From the NCBI GenBank assembly GCA_000004695.1, contig CM000153.2:4096001-4160000 (forward strand): 64,000 bases of DNA, given 5' to 3'. Numbering within the stretch: the stretch's first letter is position 1; every line of letters begins with the position of its first letter. The stretch comes from Dictyostelium discoideum. Its lineage: Eukaryota. Below are positions 1 through 17,277 of this stretch, in pieces. Both the position numbers and the translations under genes were made by a program. Below the pieces are notes generated by a model. It was not told where the DNA came from, did not search any database, and saw nothing but the letters and a program-made list of their open reading frames with translations.

Positions 1-1
1 A

Positions 2-1183
<1,182 letters not shown>

Positions 1184-1396
1184 AATGATAAAAATAAATA
1201 AACTTTTGTTTTAAATAAAATAACAAAGAATTTATGCTACTTTTTTTTTTTTTTTTTTATATGTTGCAATTTTATAAGTCTTTGTTTTTTTATTATTACT
1301 ATTAATTTTATTTTTATTTTTTATTTTTTTATTTTTTATATATGTTTCACTCGTTATTTGATTAACATATTAATATATATCACGGTATCCAAATGT

Positions 1397-1817
1397 TTAT
1401 TCTCTGAAAGATCTTCTTAAATCGTTTTCTCTCTCAACTTGTTCAGTGTATTTTTCAATCATTTCTGTGAATTCAAAATCTTTTTGGTTATCTGACCATT
1501 CAGATTCTATTTAATTTAATGTGTTAATCAATCATTTCTTTTATATATATATATATAAAAAAAATTATAATAATAATAATAAGAAAATAATAAAAAATAA
1601 AATAAAGATACCATACCTGGTAAAAGTTGTTTCTTTAAACTTAAATCGATAGCAACTCTTAATCTTCTGTCTCTTTGAACGAGAACATCAAATGGTAATC
1701 TTCTGTAAACTTCTTGGTTGGCTTCAGTGTTATTGTAGAGATCAGCAAAATATAAACCTATAAATTTTAATTTTAATATTAATATTAATATTAATATTAA
1801 TATTAATATTAATATTA

Positions 1818-1890
<73 letters not shown>

Positions 1891-2012
1891 TATTATTATT
1901 ATTATTTTATTTTTTAATAATAATGATCATTACCCATTTTTCTATATTCAACCCATGAGGATTTTTGAAGAGATGAGACAAATGATTGTGGTAATAATTT
2001 TAAAATTGACAT
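1397..2012 (-). CDS. Ubiquinol-cytochrome c reductase complex 14 kDa subunit (QCR7/UQCRB), three exons
   Basis: Minus-strand exons are 2012..1934 (MSILKLLPQSFVSSLQKSSWVEYRKM, then G split across the intron), 1757..1617 (LYFADLYNNTEANQEVYRRLPFDVLVQRDRRLRVAIDLSLKKQLLP) and 1506..1397 (ESEWSDNQKDFEFTEMIEKYTEQVERENDLRRSFRE, stop). Donors are GTAATG and GTATGG; acceptors are TATAG and ATAG. Phases are consistent and the product is about 109 aa. It aligns to yeast Qcr7 and human UQCRB (RRLPxxxxxxRxxRxxRAxDLxLKxQxLP). Intron 1 (1758–1933) holds (taatat)n and a T-run of about 67 nt. Too small for the ORF track. Confidence 0.75.
1770..1887. repeat. (TAATAT)n microsatellite followed by poly(T) of about 67 nt, inside QCR7 intron 1
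   Basis: Direct reading: taatattaatattaat... then T67. Confidence 0.9.
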
Positions 2013-2689
2013 TGTGTGTGTTTTGCTATATGTGATATGATCAACTCGATATGAAAAAAAAAAAAAAAAAAAAATTAAAAAAAATAAAAATTAAAAAAAA
2101 AAAAAAAATTAAAAAATAAAAAAAAAAAAAAAAATAAAATGAAAAAAACAAAAAATTTTCAAAAAACAAAACTTTTTTTTTTTTTCCTTTATTTCATGTT
2201 TTGAACTTTAGTTTCATCTGAATATATTTTTAAAATATAATATGTCTTTATTAGGTACAGTTTCAAATAAATAGAACCCACTTGGTTTCAACATTTTTTG
2301 ATACATATATAGTAGATAATAAATAAATAAATAAGTAAATAAATAAATAAATAAATTAAAAATACAAAAAAAAAAAAAGTAATGAAAATAGATAATAAAA
2401 ACATCCTTTTTTTTTTTTTGGTAAACAAATTTGTTAATTTCAGAGAATATGTGCATTTTTCTACTTTTTTTTATTTGTTTTTTTATTATCTATTTTTAGA
2501 TCAAATATTAAAACAATAAATTTTGTGTTTTTTGGCAATGAACAACTATCATGTGTTTCTCTTTTTTGGGTGTGTGTTTTAGTGAGATAGTTATTTTCAT
2601 TTTTTTTTATTTTTATTTTTTTTGTGTGTTTTTATTTGCACGTTTTATTCTATTTTTAACTCGTATACATTTAGGTTAATGGAAGTGAT

Positions 2690-2965
2690 ATTTTTATTTT
2701 TATTTTTATTTTTATTTATTTTTATTTATTTTTATTTTTTTTTATTTATTTTTTTATTTTTTTTATTTGAAAACAATTTTTAATTTTTTATTTATCATTA
2801 ACCTCTTTTTTTTTCTTTATATATATATATATATATATATATCTTTAAAAATAAAATAAAATTAAATAAAATTGAATTAAATTAAATAAAATAAAATAAA
2901 ATAAAACAAAATAAAATAAAATAAAATAAAATAAAAATAAAATATAGTAAAATAAAAATAAAAAA
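2690..2965. repeat. AT-only quasi-palindrome: (TTTTTAT)n, then (AT)10, then (AAAATAAAAT)n
   Basis: A T-rich arm (2690–2810) and an A-rich arm (2845–2965) are roughly reverse-complementary around the (at)n core at 2819–2840. Confidence 0.5.
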
Positions 2966-3932
2966 ATAAAATAAAATAATCTCGTAAAAATGATATTGTA
3001 ACTATTTCCTTTTTTTTTTTTATCATCTATATTTTTTTTTGATTGATTTTATGTTTTTTAAAAAAGTTTTGTTCGACACCTCCCATTTTAAGATTTTTTA
3101 CTTTTTTTTTTTTTTTTTTTTTTTTATTTTTTTTTTTTTTTTTTTTATTTTTTTTTAATTATTATTATTATTTTTTTTTTTTATTTTTTAAATTAAAAAA
3201 ATTTAATTTAAGAAAAAAAAAAAAAAAAATGACCAAAGATAGATTCATTAAAATAATTAATTATGGTTAAATCAATGTACAATAAATATTTGTTTATCTC
3301 ATTCAATCGAAAATCAATAAAAGAAGAGTAAATTTCATTAAAAATATATTTTTTTTTTTTAGTTATTTTTTATTATTTTTATTTTTATACTATTATTTTC
3401 CTTTTTTTGGTAGATTCGAATTTAGTAAAAAAATTAAAATAAAAAAAAAAATAAAATAAAATAAAAAAAATAAAAGCAATAAAATAAAAAAAATAAAAAT
3501 AAAAAAATATATATTCTAAAAATATATGCACAGTGGAAACTATTTTAAAAAAATTAACACTGTGTTTTTACAACAACAAACTCAACACACCACCACCACC
3601 ACCAAATCTATATTTAGCTTTTTTTTTTTATTTTATTTTTTTTTTTATTATTTATTTAAATTATTTTTTTACATATAAATTATTCTCTTTGCCTATAATA
3701 GTATTTTTTTAGTCATTGTTTTTTTTTTTTTTTTTTTTACTATTATTGTATAAATATTTATATCAATTTATTTAATTATTATTTTTTTTTTTTTCATAAT
3801 CTTATTCAAAAATAAAAATAAAAATTAATCCAATTTTGTGGAAAGAAATAGAAAATAAAAAAAAACAAAAAAAAAAACAAAAAAAAACAAAAAGTAAATT
3901 CTATTTTTATTTTTTTTCAAAATCTTATTCCG

Positions 3933-3964
<32 letters not shown>

Positions 3965-4538
3965 AAAACAAAAGTAAATTCTATTTTTATAATTTTTTTT
4001 AATTCAATTTTAATTATTGTTTGATTTAATTTTTTATTTTATTTCGTTTTATTCTTTTCCTTAAATTTTCATCTTCTTTAAATCATTTACGCATATTTTT
4101 GTGTTTGTCACCTCCACAATAATGTGTAGCGCAAATCTTTTAAAATTTAAAATTTTCATTTTAATTTATTATCATTATTATTTTTATTGTTATTTTATTT
4201 TATTTCATTTTTTTTTAAATTATTATTATTTTTTTTTTTTTTAATTTGGTTAGCTAGTTTGAAGATTTTGGTTGTAATTTCATAAAATGTCAAAACTATT
4301 TCTTTCTTTACACATCACTCTTTCGAGTATTAAAAATAATAACAAAAATAAACAAAAATAAAAAAAAAAAAAAAAAAATGTCCATTAAAAAATAAACAAC
4401 CAAAAAAATCACAAATACTTTATACATAAATATACACACCTATATATATATATATATTAAAATGTGTAAAAATAAAAGTATGCATGATTAATATAGTGAT
4501 AAATCTATTAAAATTTCTTTCACACACGATCTGCTTGG

Positions 4539-4587
<49 letters not shown>

Positions 4588-4779
4588 TGTCCAAAATTAA
4601 AAAAATTAATTAATTAAAAATTAATTAAAAAAATTATTAATTAATTAATTAAAAAAATTTTTTGAATAATAATAAAATAAAGTTTTTCCTTCCATTACCA
4701 AAAAAAGGTAAAAAAAAATTAAAGGAAAAAAAAAAAAAAATTTTTTAAAATTTCGTTAAAATTTTTGGATTAAAAAAAT

Positions 4780-5060
4780 TAAATTAAAGGGAATTAATTT
4801 TTTTTTTGGAAAAAAATTTAAAAATTCCCCCTCCTTATTAAAGGGGTTTGGGTAAAATTAAAAAGGATTTTTTTTTTAGGCCCAATTATTCTATTTTTAC
4901 CTAAAAAAATTTTTTTTTTTTTTTTTAATTTTTTTTTTTGGTAACCACACCAATTTTTTGGGGTATAACCAAAAATTTTGGTGGTGGTTTTGGTTTTGGT
5001 GGTTTTGGCGGGAGGTGAAATTTTTTTTTCCACCTTAGTAAAATAAAGTATTCTCTTAAA
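4780..5060. other. G/C-homopolymer-containing low-complexity island, suspected low-quality or gap-fill sequence
   Basis: It reads ...ttccccctccttattaaaggggtttgggtaaaatt...ggtggtggttttggttttggtggttttggcgggaggtgaaa..., unlike the flanking AT-only intergenic DNA. Similar islands occur at 22740–23030, 29570–29650, 30200–30260 and 33720–33800. Confidence 0.4.
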
Positions 5061-5107
5061 AAAAGGGTCACTAAAATGACAATTCTTTTTTTTTTTTTTT
5101 TTTTTTA

Positions 5108-5144
<37 letters not shown>

Positions 5145-6633
5145 TTGAATACAAAAGTTAAGATCTTGCAAAATAAGCACTCAAAATATCTCAATCGATT
5201 ATAATTCACTCACACACACACTCACACATGTGAAAACAATAAAACAACTACTATACCATTTCCCGTTAAACGTTAATTATTATTTTCATTTAAAATTTTT
5301 TAAAAAATTATATTTAAAATTATTTATAATTCAACACTATTAATAGAAAAAATGTGAAAAGGTATACAATAATAGAATTAATTAGAATTAAAAAAACCAA
5401 ATAGACACATTGTACATACAAATTTATACATACATACAAATAATAATTTTTTTATATAAATATGTATATAATTTTTTTTTTATTATTTTAAATATTATTA
5501 TTATTTTTTTTTTTTTTAAAAAAAAAGAAAATACACATATATGGGTAAACCATCACCGATGATAAAATTAATTTATAAAACCTTAAAAACATTTAGGGTG
5601 GTGGGTGAATGTGTGTGGGTTAGAGGATATTTTTTATATAAATATATATTTATATATATATATATATATGTAAAATAAGAGTGGTATAATGTGTGTATGT
5701 TTGTATGTTTTTTTTTTTTTCTTTTATTTTTTTTTTTATTTTTTTTTTATATTTTTTTTATTTTTTTATTTTTTTATTTATTTGTTTTATTATTTGTTTT
5801 ATTTATTTGTTTTATTTATTTATTTTTAAAAATAATTATTGTTTAAAACACATTTTTTTTTTGTATATCTCTCACTCTCTCGAATATCCATTTTATTTGT
5901 GTATTTTAATTTTCATCATTATTATTATTTTATAAAACAGAAAATTGTTGTTAAAAACAAAAATAAATAATTTAAAAAAAAAAAAAAAAAAAGCAAACTA
6001 ACCAATCAAAACTTATTTATAAACAATAATCATTTTTAGAGTGTATGTAGAGTGTATATCATATATTAATTATATATATACATATATAGGTTATTTGTTA
6101 ATTTTTTTTCTGTATTAATTACCATCACCAATTTCCATATCATGATTAATATTAAAAAAAAAAAAAAAAAAAAAAGAGAAATAAAACTATTTTGGGGAAA
6201 AAAAAAAAAGAGAATAAAAAAAAAATAATTGTCAATATCTTAACACACAAACAAAAACACACACACACACACACACAATTTCACCACATTCAAATTTTAT
6301 TTTAATCCAAAAAATAATTTTTTATTTTGTTTCTAAATATAAAACAAATATTAATACCAATTTAAAAAAAAATCAAATACTGGAGTTTAATATAATTAAA
6401 TTTAATATTTTTATTATTTTTTTAATTTTATTTATAATTTTTTATTATTACTTTAGTTTTTTTTATTATTATTTTTTTTTTCTTTTTTTTTTCCCTAAAC
6501 GTTTTTAAACACTCTAAATACTAAAATATATAAAAATAGAAATAGTTTTTTTTTATTTATTTTTATTTTTTTTTATATGTTTTTTTTTTTTTTTTTTTCT
6601 TCTTGCCATTCACACCAGTTCACGATATCGATA

Positions 6634-6675
<42 letters not shown>

Positions 6676-7160
6676 AAAAAAAAATAAAACTGTTTAAATA
6701 AATACAACATCCTTTTCCGCAATAAAAAACCATATCATCAGCAACCACTACCACCAGCTGTTTATTAATATTAAATATAATTAAAACCCAACCCAAAATT
6801 ATTTTTTAATGATAATTGTTGTTGTTGTTGTTTTTATTATTATTTAAATAATTTTCTCATAACAATTTGTTTTCTTTTTATTTCTATTTTTGTTATAAAT
6901 AGTACAGCGTACAGCTGTGAAGCATCAATAAAAATCCTCAAACCACCAAAAAAAAAAAAAATATAAAAATAAAAATAAATAAAAAATAAATTTATTTTTA
7001 AAAAATCAAACATAAAAAAACAAATAAAAATAATTAAATTATATTATTATATTTTTTTTTTTTTTTTTAAAAAAAAAAATAACAAAAACAAAAAAAAAAA
7101 ATTACATATATACATATATGTATTAAAATTGAAAAAAAAAAAAAAAAAACCTCACACACA

Positions 7161-7374
7161 ATGTCAACTAGAAAAATTTCAACATCAGTATCCACTCCAT
7201 CTATTTCGTCGTATGACATAATTTCTAACTTTAATAAATTTAGTTTTAGTGAAAATAGTGCATTAAAAAATAGATCCTTAAAAATGGATACAAGGTCACT
7301 AGGAAAATATTATACAGCAACTCAAAAATCAAATAAAAATAAATTATTTGAAGTTATTAATAATAAAGATTTAA

Positions 7375-7464
<90 letters not shown>

Positions 7465-8872
7465 TTAATTAAACTAATATTTATTTTTTTATTTATTTAT
7501 TTACTTTCTTTTAAACAGATCAGCATTTTATGACTTTTTAGCAACACAATTTTGTGTTGAAAATTTATTATGTTGGGAAGCAATTGAAAAATTTAAACAA
7601 ATTAATGGGTCACCATCTGAAATGTATTCGACTGCTGAAGAAATTTATTCATTGGTTAGTTTATTTTTTTTTTATTTTTTTTATTTTTTTTTATTTTTTT
7701 TTTTTTTAAAAAAATATTTTTTAATATTAATTTTTTTAATTTATTATTATTATTATAATTAGTTTATCAGAGATAATTCAAGATATGAAATTAATATTTA
7801 TGGTAAACAAAAAGACCGATTAAAGGAAACTTTAAAACATACATTTATAATACCAGAATTTTTAGAAAACAATAATAATAATTCTAATAATAATAATTCT
7901 AATAACAATAATTCTAATAATAGTAATAATAGTAGTCCATCATCTTCTGAAAATAATTTTGGAGGATTAACTCAAACAATTTCAACTTTAAATTTAAATA
8001 CCCCATCATCAAGTTCAAATAAAAATCATGATAAAAATCATGATAAAAGTAATAATAATAATAATAATTGTACAATTGTACAATCATCAACATTTATAAC
8101 AAATGCACCAATACAATCTGATACATTTCCAAAAAGAAAAAGAAAAATAAGATTTAGAAAATTAATATCGAAATCAAACCTTACAAATATATTTTCCGAC
8201 CCAAATAATAATAATAAATCTGCATCACTTACAAATATACATTCTCATACTAGTACATTACCACCACCACCAACAATATTACAAGAAATTATACATCCAC
8301 CATTATCACCTTCAAATACGATGAACTTTGATCCAGAATTTAAAAATATTGTTAATAATTTATCAAACAACAACAACAACAATAGCACTACAACTACAAC
8401 TACAACCAATTCAAATAATACACCAAATAATGGTTCAAATTGTGTGGTTGGATCATGCTCTGATAATGACTCGTTTGTTGTTATTTTTGGTAACACAATT
8501 GGTAATAGAAAGAGTGGTTCATCTTATGCTCTATCTGGTAGTGATAGTAGTGATGGAGAGTATGAGGATTTATTCGATAGAAATAATATAAAATTTGGTA
8601 TCGCTAAATGTTCAAACCTTTTCAATGATATTCAAGATGAATTGGAACAAATGATGATAGAGAATAGTTTGGGTGAATTTTTAAAATCAAAACTCTTTAA
8701 AGAGAAAACTTTGTACATACAACAACAACAACAACTACAACAACAACAACAACACCCAAATCAACAATTACAATGTATAGGTAACATTTCAAATACTTTA
8801 CCCACAATTACAAATTCAACTTTAATTACTTCAAAATCAAATAACAACGATAATTTAAATATTGTTAATTAG
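7161..8872 (+). CDS. RGS-domain protein (regulator of G-protein signalling) with a long low-complexity C-terminus
   Basis: Exons are 7161..7375, 7519..7654 and 7763..8872 (donors AG|GTAAAA and TTG|GTTAGT; acceptors AAACAG| and AATTAG|). Exons 1–3 encode an RGS box: FEVINNKDLRSAFYDFLATQFCVENLLCWEAIEKFKQI...EEIYSLFIRDNSRYEINIYGKQKDRL. Frame 2 is open from 7763 through the ORF-track 8321..8872 segment. Intron 1 contains an A-run of about 85 nt. Confidence 0.8.
7378..7462. repeat. poly(A) homopolymer of about 85 nt, inside intron 1 of the RGS gene
   Basis: Uninterrupted A-run read directly from the sequence. Confidence 0.9.
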
Positions 8873-8956
8873 TAAATTACTAAATTATATATTTTTAGAT
8901 TTTTAAATTCTTTTTTTTTTTATTTTTTTTTTTATTTTTTTTATTTTTTACTATTG

Positions 8957-8963
<7 letters not shown>

Positions 8964-9030
<67 letters not shown>
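8964..9030. repeat. poly(A) homopolymer of about 67 nt, 3' of the RGS gene
   Basis: Uninterrupted A-run read directly from the sequence. Confidence 0.9.
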
Positions 9031-9033
<3 letters not shown>

Positions 9034-9303
9034 AATAAATAAAATTTTTTCTAAACAAAAAAGTTTTTTTTTGTTTTTTTTACTCTAAAATCTGGGAAAA
9101 TCGATTTTTTTTTTTCTATTTTAGGATTTTTTTTTTTTTTTAGTATTTTTTTTTTAATTTTTTTTTTTTAAATTTTTTTTTTTTTTATTTTATTATTTTT
9201 TTTTTTTTTTTTTTGTTAAATTCATATAAAACAAAAAAATGTTTTGTATTAAAAAAAGATAAAAAAAAAATATAAAGAAATTATCAAAAAAAAATAAAAA
9301 AAA

Positions 9304-10351
9304 ATGAATTGGAAATATATTTGTTTAATAAATGTTTTTATAAATTATATTATTCTATTATATTTAAATTTTCGACAAATAAAAACAATTAAAAATAGTA
9401 AAATACCTAAAGAATTTAAAAATCTTTCAATAATAAATAAATCTGAATTTTTAAATTTAAAACAATTAAAATATAATTTAAAGTTTGTATTTTTGTTTAT
9501 AAAAAAAAGTAATTTGAAAATTTATTAATAAAAGATTTTATTTTATAAAAAAAAAAAAAAAAAAAAAAAAAAGAATATTTAAATTTATATCAACATTATA
9601 TAGTTTTATTAGTTTATTAGTATTTATTCTTTATTTATACCCTTTACTTTGGAATTTTTCAAATAATTTATCATCTATTGATAATAACCCTTTAAAAGAT
9701 GAAGTAAGTTTTAAATTTAATTTTTTAATTTTTTTTTTTTTTTTTTATCATTTCTAATTATACTTTTTTTTCTTTTCAATTAAATCATTCTTTTATAGAT
9801 AGTTGCAACAATAGTTTTTTTTTCAATTAAATCATTTTTATCATTAATTTTAAATTTCCCAATTTCATATTATCAAACATTTGTTTTAACAGATGAATTT
9901 AATTCAAGGAATATTAAATTATTTCTACAAGATAAAGCTTTAAATGTTATTTTCTTAGTTATAATTTATATACCATTAGTAACATTATCAATAACAGTTA
10001 TTAGAACTATTGATTTTAGGTATTGTTGGGTTTGTAAGTTTAAAAAAAATAAAAAATAAAAAAAAAATAAAATAAAATTAAAAAAAAAAAAATAAAATAA
10101 AATAAAATAAAAAAAAAAAAAAAAAAAAAACTAATTAATAAATTGTCAATATAAAATTATATAGATTGTACAATAATTTATTTATTATATGAAATTTTTA
10201 TAGATATTTTATATCCATCTTTAATTAAACCAAATTTTTTACCAAATGAATTAATACCAATGCCAGATGGAATTTTAAGAAAATCAATTCTAGAATTATG
10301 TAAAAATTGGTATAAAAAATCAAATTCACCTTCAAAAATTAAAAATAATAA

Positions 10352-10397
<46 letters not shown>

Positions 10398-11075
10398 TTT
10401 AATTTTAATGGTAATGATAATGATAATGATACAGGTGAAGGATGTGATAAAATTAATAATGAAGAAAATCAAATTAAAATATTAATATTAATGGATTATA
10501 AAAATTTTGAAATTAATAATAATCAAGATGATAATCAACAACAACATTTGAATACATATTGTTCATTATTAAATAAGCATATTGTTATTAATGAAAATTT
10601 AATAAAACGATATGATAAAGAAGAGATATTATCAATGGTTGCTCATGAAATCGGTCATTATAAACAACTCGATCAATTGACTAATTTAGTTATACCAACT
10701 TTTAATACTGCCTTGTTTTTATACTTGTTGAATCATTTCATTCAAAATGATATGGCATTTGTCGATTTCGGGTTATCTACAGTATCGTTGTATATGGGTT
10801 TACTATTATTTAGTTTTATTTATTTACCAATGGATACGATTTTCAAATCATTGCAAAATCATTTCATTAGACAACAAGAATATCAAGCTGATTTATTCTC
10901 TCAAAATATAATGGGTTGTAATCAATTCGCTTCACTTTTAAAAATTATTACAAAAGAAAATAATCCAATTTCAATTGATGATTATTGGTATTCTTTATTT
11001 TTTAATCCATATCCAACTTTTTATCAAAGATTTAAATATTTAGAAAATAGTTTAAAAAATAAAAAAATTAATTAA
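9304..11075 (+). CDS. CAAX prenyl protease 1 (Ste24/ZMPSTE24, M48 zinc metalloprotease), four exons
   Basis: Exon 1 is 9304..~9508 (alternative end 9482) and reads YLNFRQIKTIKNSKIPKEFKNLSIINKSEFLNLKQLKYNLKF, matching the yeast Ste24 N-terminus. Exon 2 is ~9621..9703 (alternative start 9604/9613). Exon 3 is 9799..10033 (PISYYQTFVLTDEFNSRNIKLFLQD). Exon 4 is 10204..11075 with PMPDGILRKSILEL, the HEXXH motif VAHEIGHYKQ and a downstream EYQAD. Exon 1/2 boundaries are ambiguous; exons 3–4 are phase-checked. Confidence 0.75.
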
Positions 11076-11381
11076 AAACAAAATGGTTACCATTCATTTT
11101 TTTTTTATATTTTATATCATTGTGTATTTTTGGGTGTTCTATTTTTACTAAATTCATATAAAAAAAAAATAAAAAAATGAAAATGTTCTTAAAGAATTTT
11201 TTTATTTTTTTTTTATTTTGAGTATAAAATTTGAATTGTTTTTATAAATAAAAAAATAAAAAAAAAAAAACTTTTTTTTAAAATAAAAAAAAAAAAAAAA
11301 AAAAGATACTTTTTTTTTTTTTTCATTCTTTCAAACATATTTTTTTTATTTTTTTAATCTTCTTTCAATTAAAAAGAGATA

Positions 11382-14603
<3,222 letters not shown>

Positions 14604-14770
14604 TAACATTTTTTTTTTTAAAAAAAATTCTGGAAATAATATTATTTTCTCAATCAAAACAAAATAAAAAAAAAAAAAAAAACTTTTAATAAAATTAATC
14701 TTTAAATTTAAATGTAATTTAGTTTTATAGTTAACTTTTTTTTTTTTTTTATTTTATTTTTTAATATTGA

Positions 14771-15445
14771 TTAAACAATCATTGAAATTTCCATTAATGG
14801 AATTAAAAATATATATGGTAAAAGTTGTGATGTAATACACACGATTTCAAAATAAGTACCATCTGTAGAATACATATAATCACTACAAAAATTCATTAAA
14901 CCTGGTGAAACATTATTATATTTATTAATTTCATTACAATTAATATAGTTTGAAATTTCTAAATTCCCAAGTACAATCCATAATAAAGTTAGAATTGTAA
15001 ATTTAATTTTATTGAATTCACTACCATATGAATATAATTGAACATCTTGATAATATAATTGTTCTACACCATTAATTTCTTTATAAACATTGGTTTTTAT
15101 GGAATTTCTTTTTATGGTTTTGAATCTATAATATTGTAAAAGGATACCAGATAAACAATAAATAATTGGAAATAAAACCCAAAGTGTATCTGGAAATTGG
15201 AATTTATTCTCTAAAATTATTTTAATGAATAATAAAATATTTGGATAACTATTTAATAATACCCATACCAATGATATGAATGGAATTAATGAAATAACCA
15301 AATCAATTTTAAAAAATAAAATTTTATATGAAAAATTTGAATGATTGTCACTTATAATAATTCTTTTCCCATATTTGAATAAAAATGTTAAAAACCATAC
15401 AATTGAATAATATTTTATAACTAATAATATGAAATTATAATACAT
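14771..15445 (-). CDS. Hypothetical multi-pass membrane protein (about 6 predicted TM helices)
   Basis: A 224-aa ORF with alternating hydrophobic helices (FILLVIKYYSIVWFLTFLF, LVISLIPFISLVWVLL, LWVLFPIIYCLSGILL, FTILTLLWIVLGNL, IVCITSQLLPYIFLIPL). The ATG sits in an A-rich context. No recognisable family motif. Confidence 0.45.
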   Translation of the reverse strand: MYYNFILLVIKYYSIVWFLTFLFKYGKRIIISDNHSNFSYKILFFKIDLVISLIPFISLVWVLLNSYPNILLFIKIILENKFQFPDTLWVLFPIIYCLSGILLQYYRFKTIKRNSIKTNVYKEINGVEQLYYQDVQLYSYGSEFNKIKFTILTLLWIVLGNLEISNYINCNEINKYNNVSPGLMNFCSDYMYSTDGTYFEIVCITSQLLPYIFLIPLMEISMIV

Positions 15446-16360
15446 TGTATATATTTTTTTTTTGTAATTTCTTTTTAAATGTATATCTAAATATATTTAA
15501 TTTATTTTTTGTTTTTTTTAAAAAAAAAAAAAAAAATGATTGGTTGGCAAAAAAGTGACAAATAAAAAAAAAAAAATAAAAAATAAAAAAAAAAAAAAAA
15601 ATTAAATTCTGTCGCGTTGTCCAATTATCCACATACAGTCATAATCAAAAAAAAAAAAAATATAAACAAATTAAAATAAAAAAATTTAACTGTGAGTAGT
15701 TGTCTGAATAATATGGGTGAAATTTCCCAAAAAAAATAAAAAAAAAATAAAAATCAATAATAAATCAATAATAAATCGACCAGGTTCCAAGTGATTATTT
15801 TTTTTATTTCTCGATATGTTCAACTTTAAAAAAAATTAAAAAAAAATATAAAAAAAAAAAGATTTAAAATTCATTTCTTAACAAAATAATTTAAAATTAA
15901 TTAATTAATTAATAATCTATTTTAAAAAACAAAAAAAGTATGGACAAACTATTTAATATTATATTATTTATATTTTTAAAAAAAAAACTAATAACCATCA
16001 AAAACAACTTTTAGATACAGTTTAAGTTATACATACATTTACCACCAGTTATTGACATATACCCACCCCATAAAAAATTTACTTTATTCTAAATTTATAT
16101 TATTTTCTTTTTTTTCTTTTTATTTATTATATGTATAACGATTCTTACCTTAAATATTTATAACACCTAAAAGTCCTAATAAAAAAAAAAAAAAAAATTA
16201 AATAAAGATGACTGAATCATCACAATATCATTTAACTTTAAGATTTAAAAATAAAATATTCTTGGAAAGTAAAAAAAAAAAAAAAAAAAATGAGATACAT
16301 TTTTGTTATTTTTTTTTTTAAATTTATTGTTTTTTTTTTTTTTTTGTTTTTTAATTACTA

Positions 16361-17195
16361 TTATTTCGAATTGATTGTTGAATCTTTAATTTCATTTAAA
16401 GTTTTTAAAATTGAATTAAAAGATGGACGTAAATTTGGATCAGCATTCCAACATTTAGTGATTAAAGAAGAATACATTCTATTACAATTTTGATTGATTG
16501 ATGGTCTTAAACCTGATAAGATATTATCTTCGAGAGTGCTCATAAATTTAAAATCGAACTCATCAAAAGGTAACTCTAAATGATAGCACTCCCAAAGAAT
16601 CATACCAAAACTATAGATATCGGATTTTTCATTGTATTCCATTCCTTTTAATACTTCGGGTGATTGCCAAGTTGGATTATCGACAACCTTTGAAGAGAAG
16701 TTTTGAACAATTGATCTTGATAGACCAAAATCTGAAACTTTTGCCGAGATTTCATTTGGATTGGTTGGATGAGAAGCCAATAGAATATTTGGACTTTTTA
16801 AATCACGATGTACCAATGGTGGTGTGATATTATGTAAAAACGCCATACCAGAGGCAATATCAGTGACAATCTTTAATAACATTTGCCAATCTAAAACTTG
16901 ACCATCTTCTTTTTTCTTTTTCAAAAATGATGATAAACTACCTATATCCATATATTCCATTACGATTGCATATGGTTCAAAACAAAATCCTTTCATCAAT
17001 ACGATGTTTGAATGTGATAAACCACTCATTAACCAAACTTCTCTTCTAAATTCATTAATTGCATTTAATTTACCACTTGAAATTTGATTCATTGAATCTT
17101 CACCTTGTGATGAATTACTTGATAATGAACTTGTTGATAAATTTCTTTGTAAAATCTTTGGTTGTTGCTGATTTTGTTGTTGTTGTTGTTGTTGC

Positions 17196-17277
<82 letters not shown>

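Noticed and set aside
2214-6000. Short ORFs rich in F, K, I and Y (2214–2456, 3043–3270, 3836–4024, 4818–5180, 5693–5935)
   Set aside because: They are translations of A/T homopolymers in intergenic DNA, with no codon-usage signal or splice-consistent structure.
8245-8591. ORFs 8328–8591 (+) and 8245–8496 (−) overlapping the RGS exon
   Set aside because: They are an alternate frame and an antisense reading of exon 3. The true frame is the one continuous from 7763.
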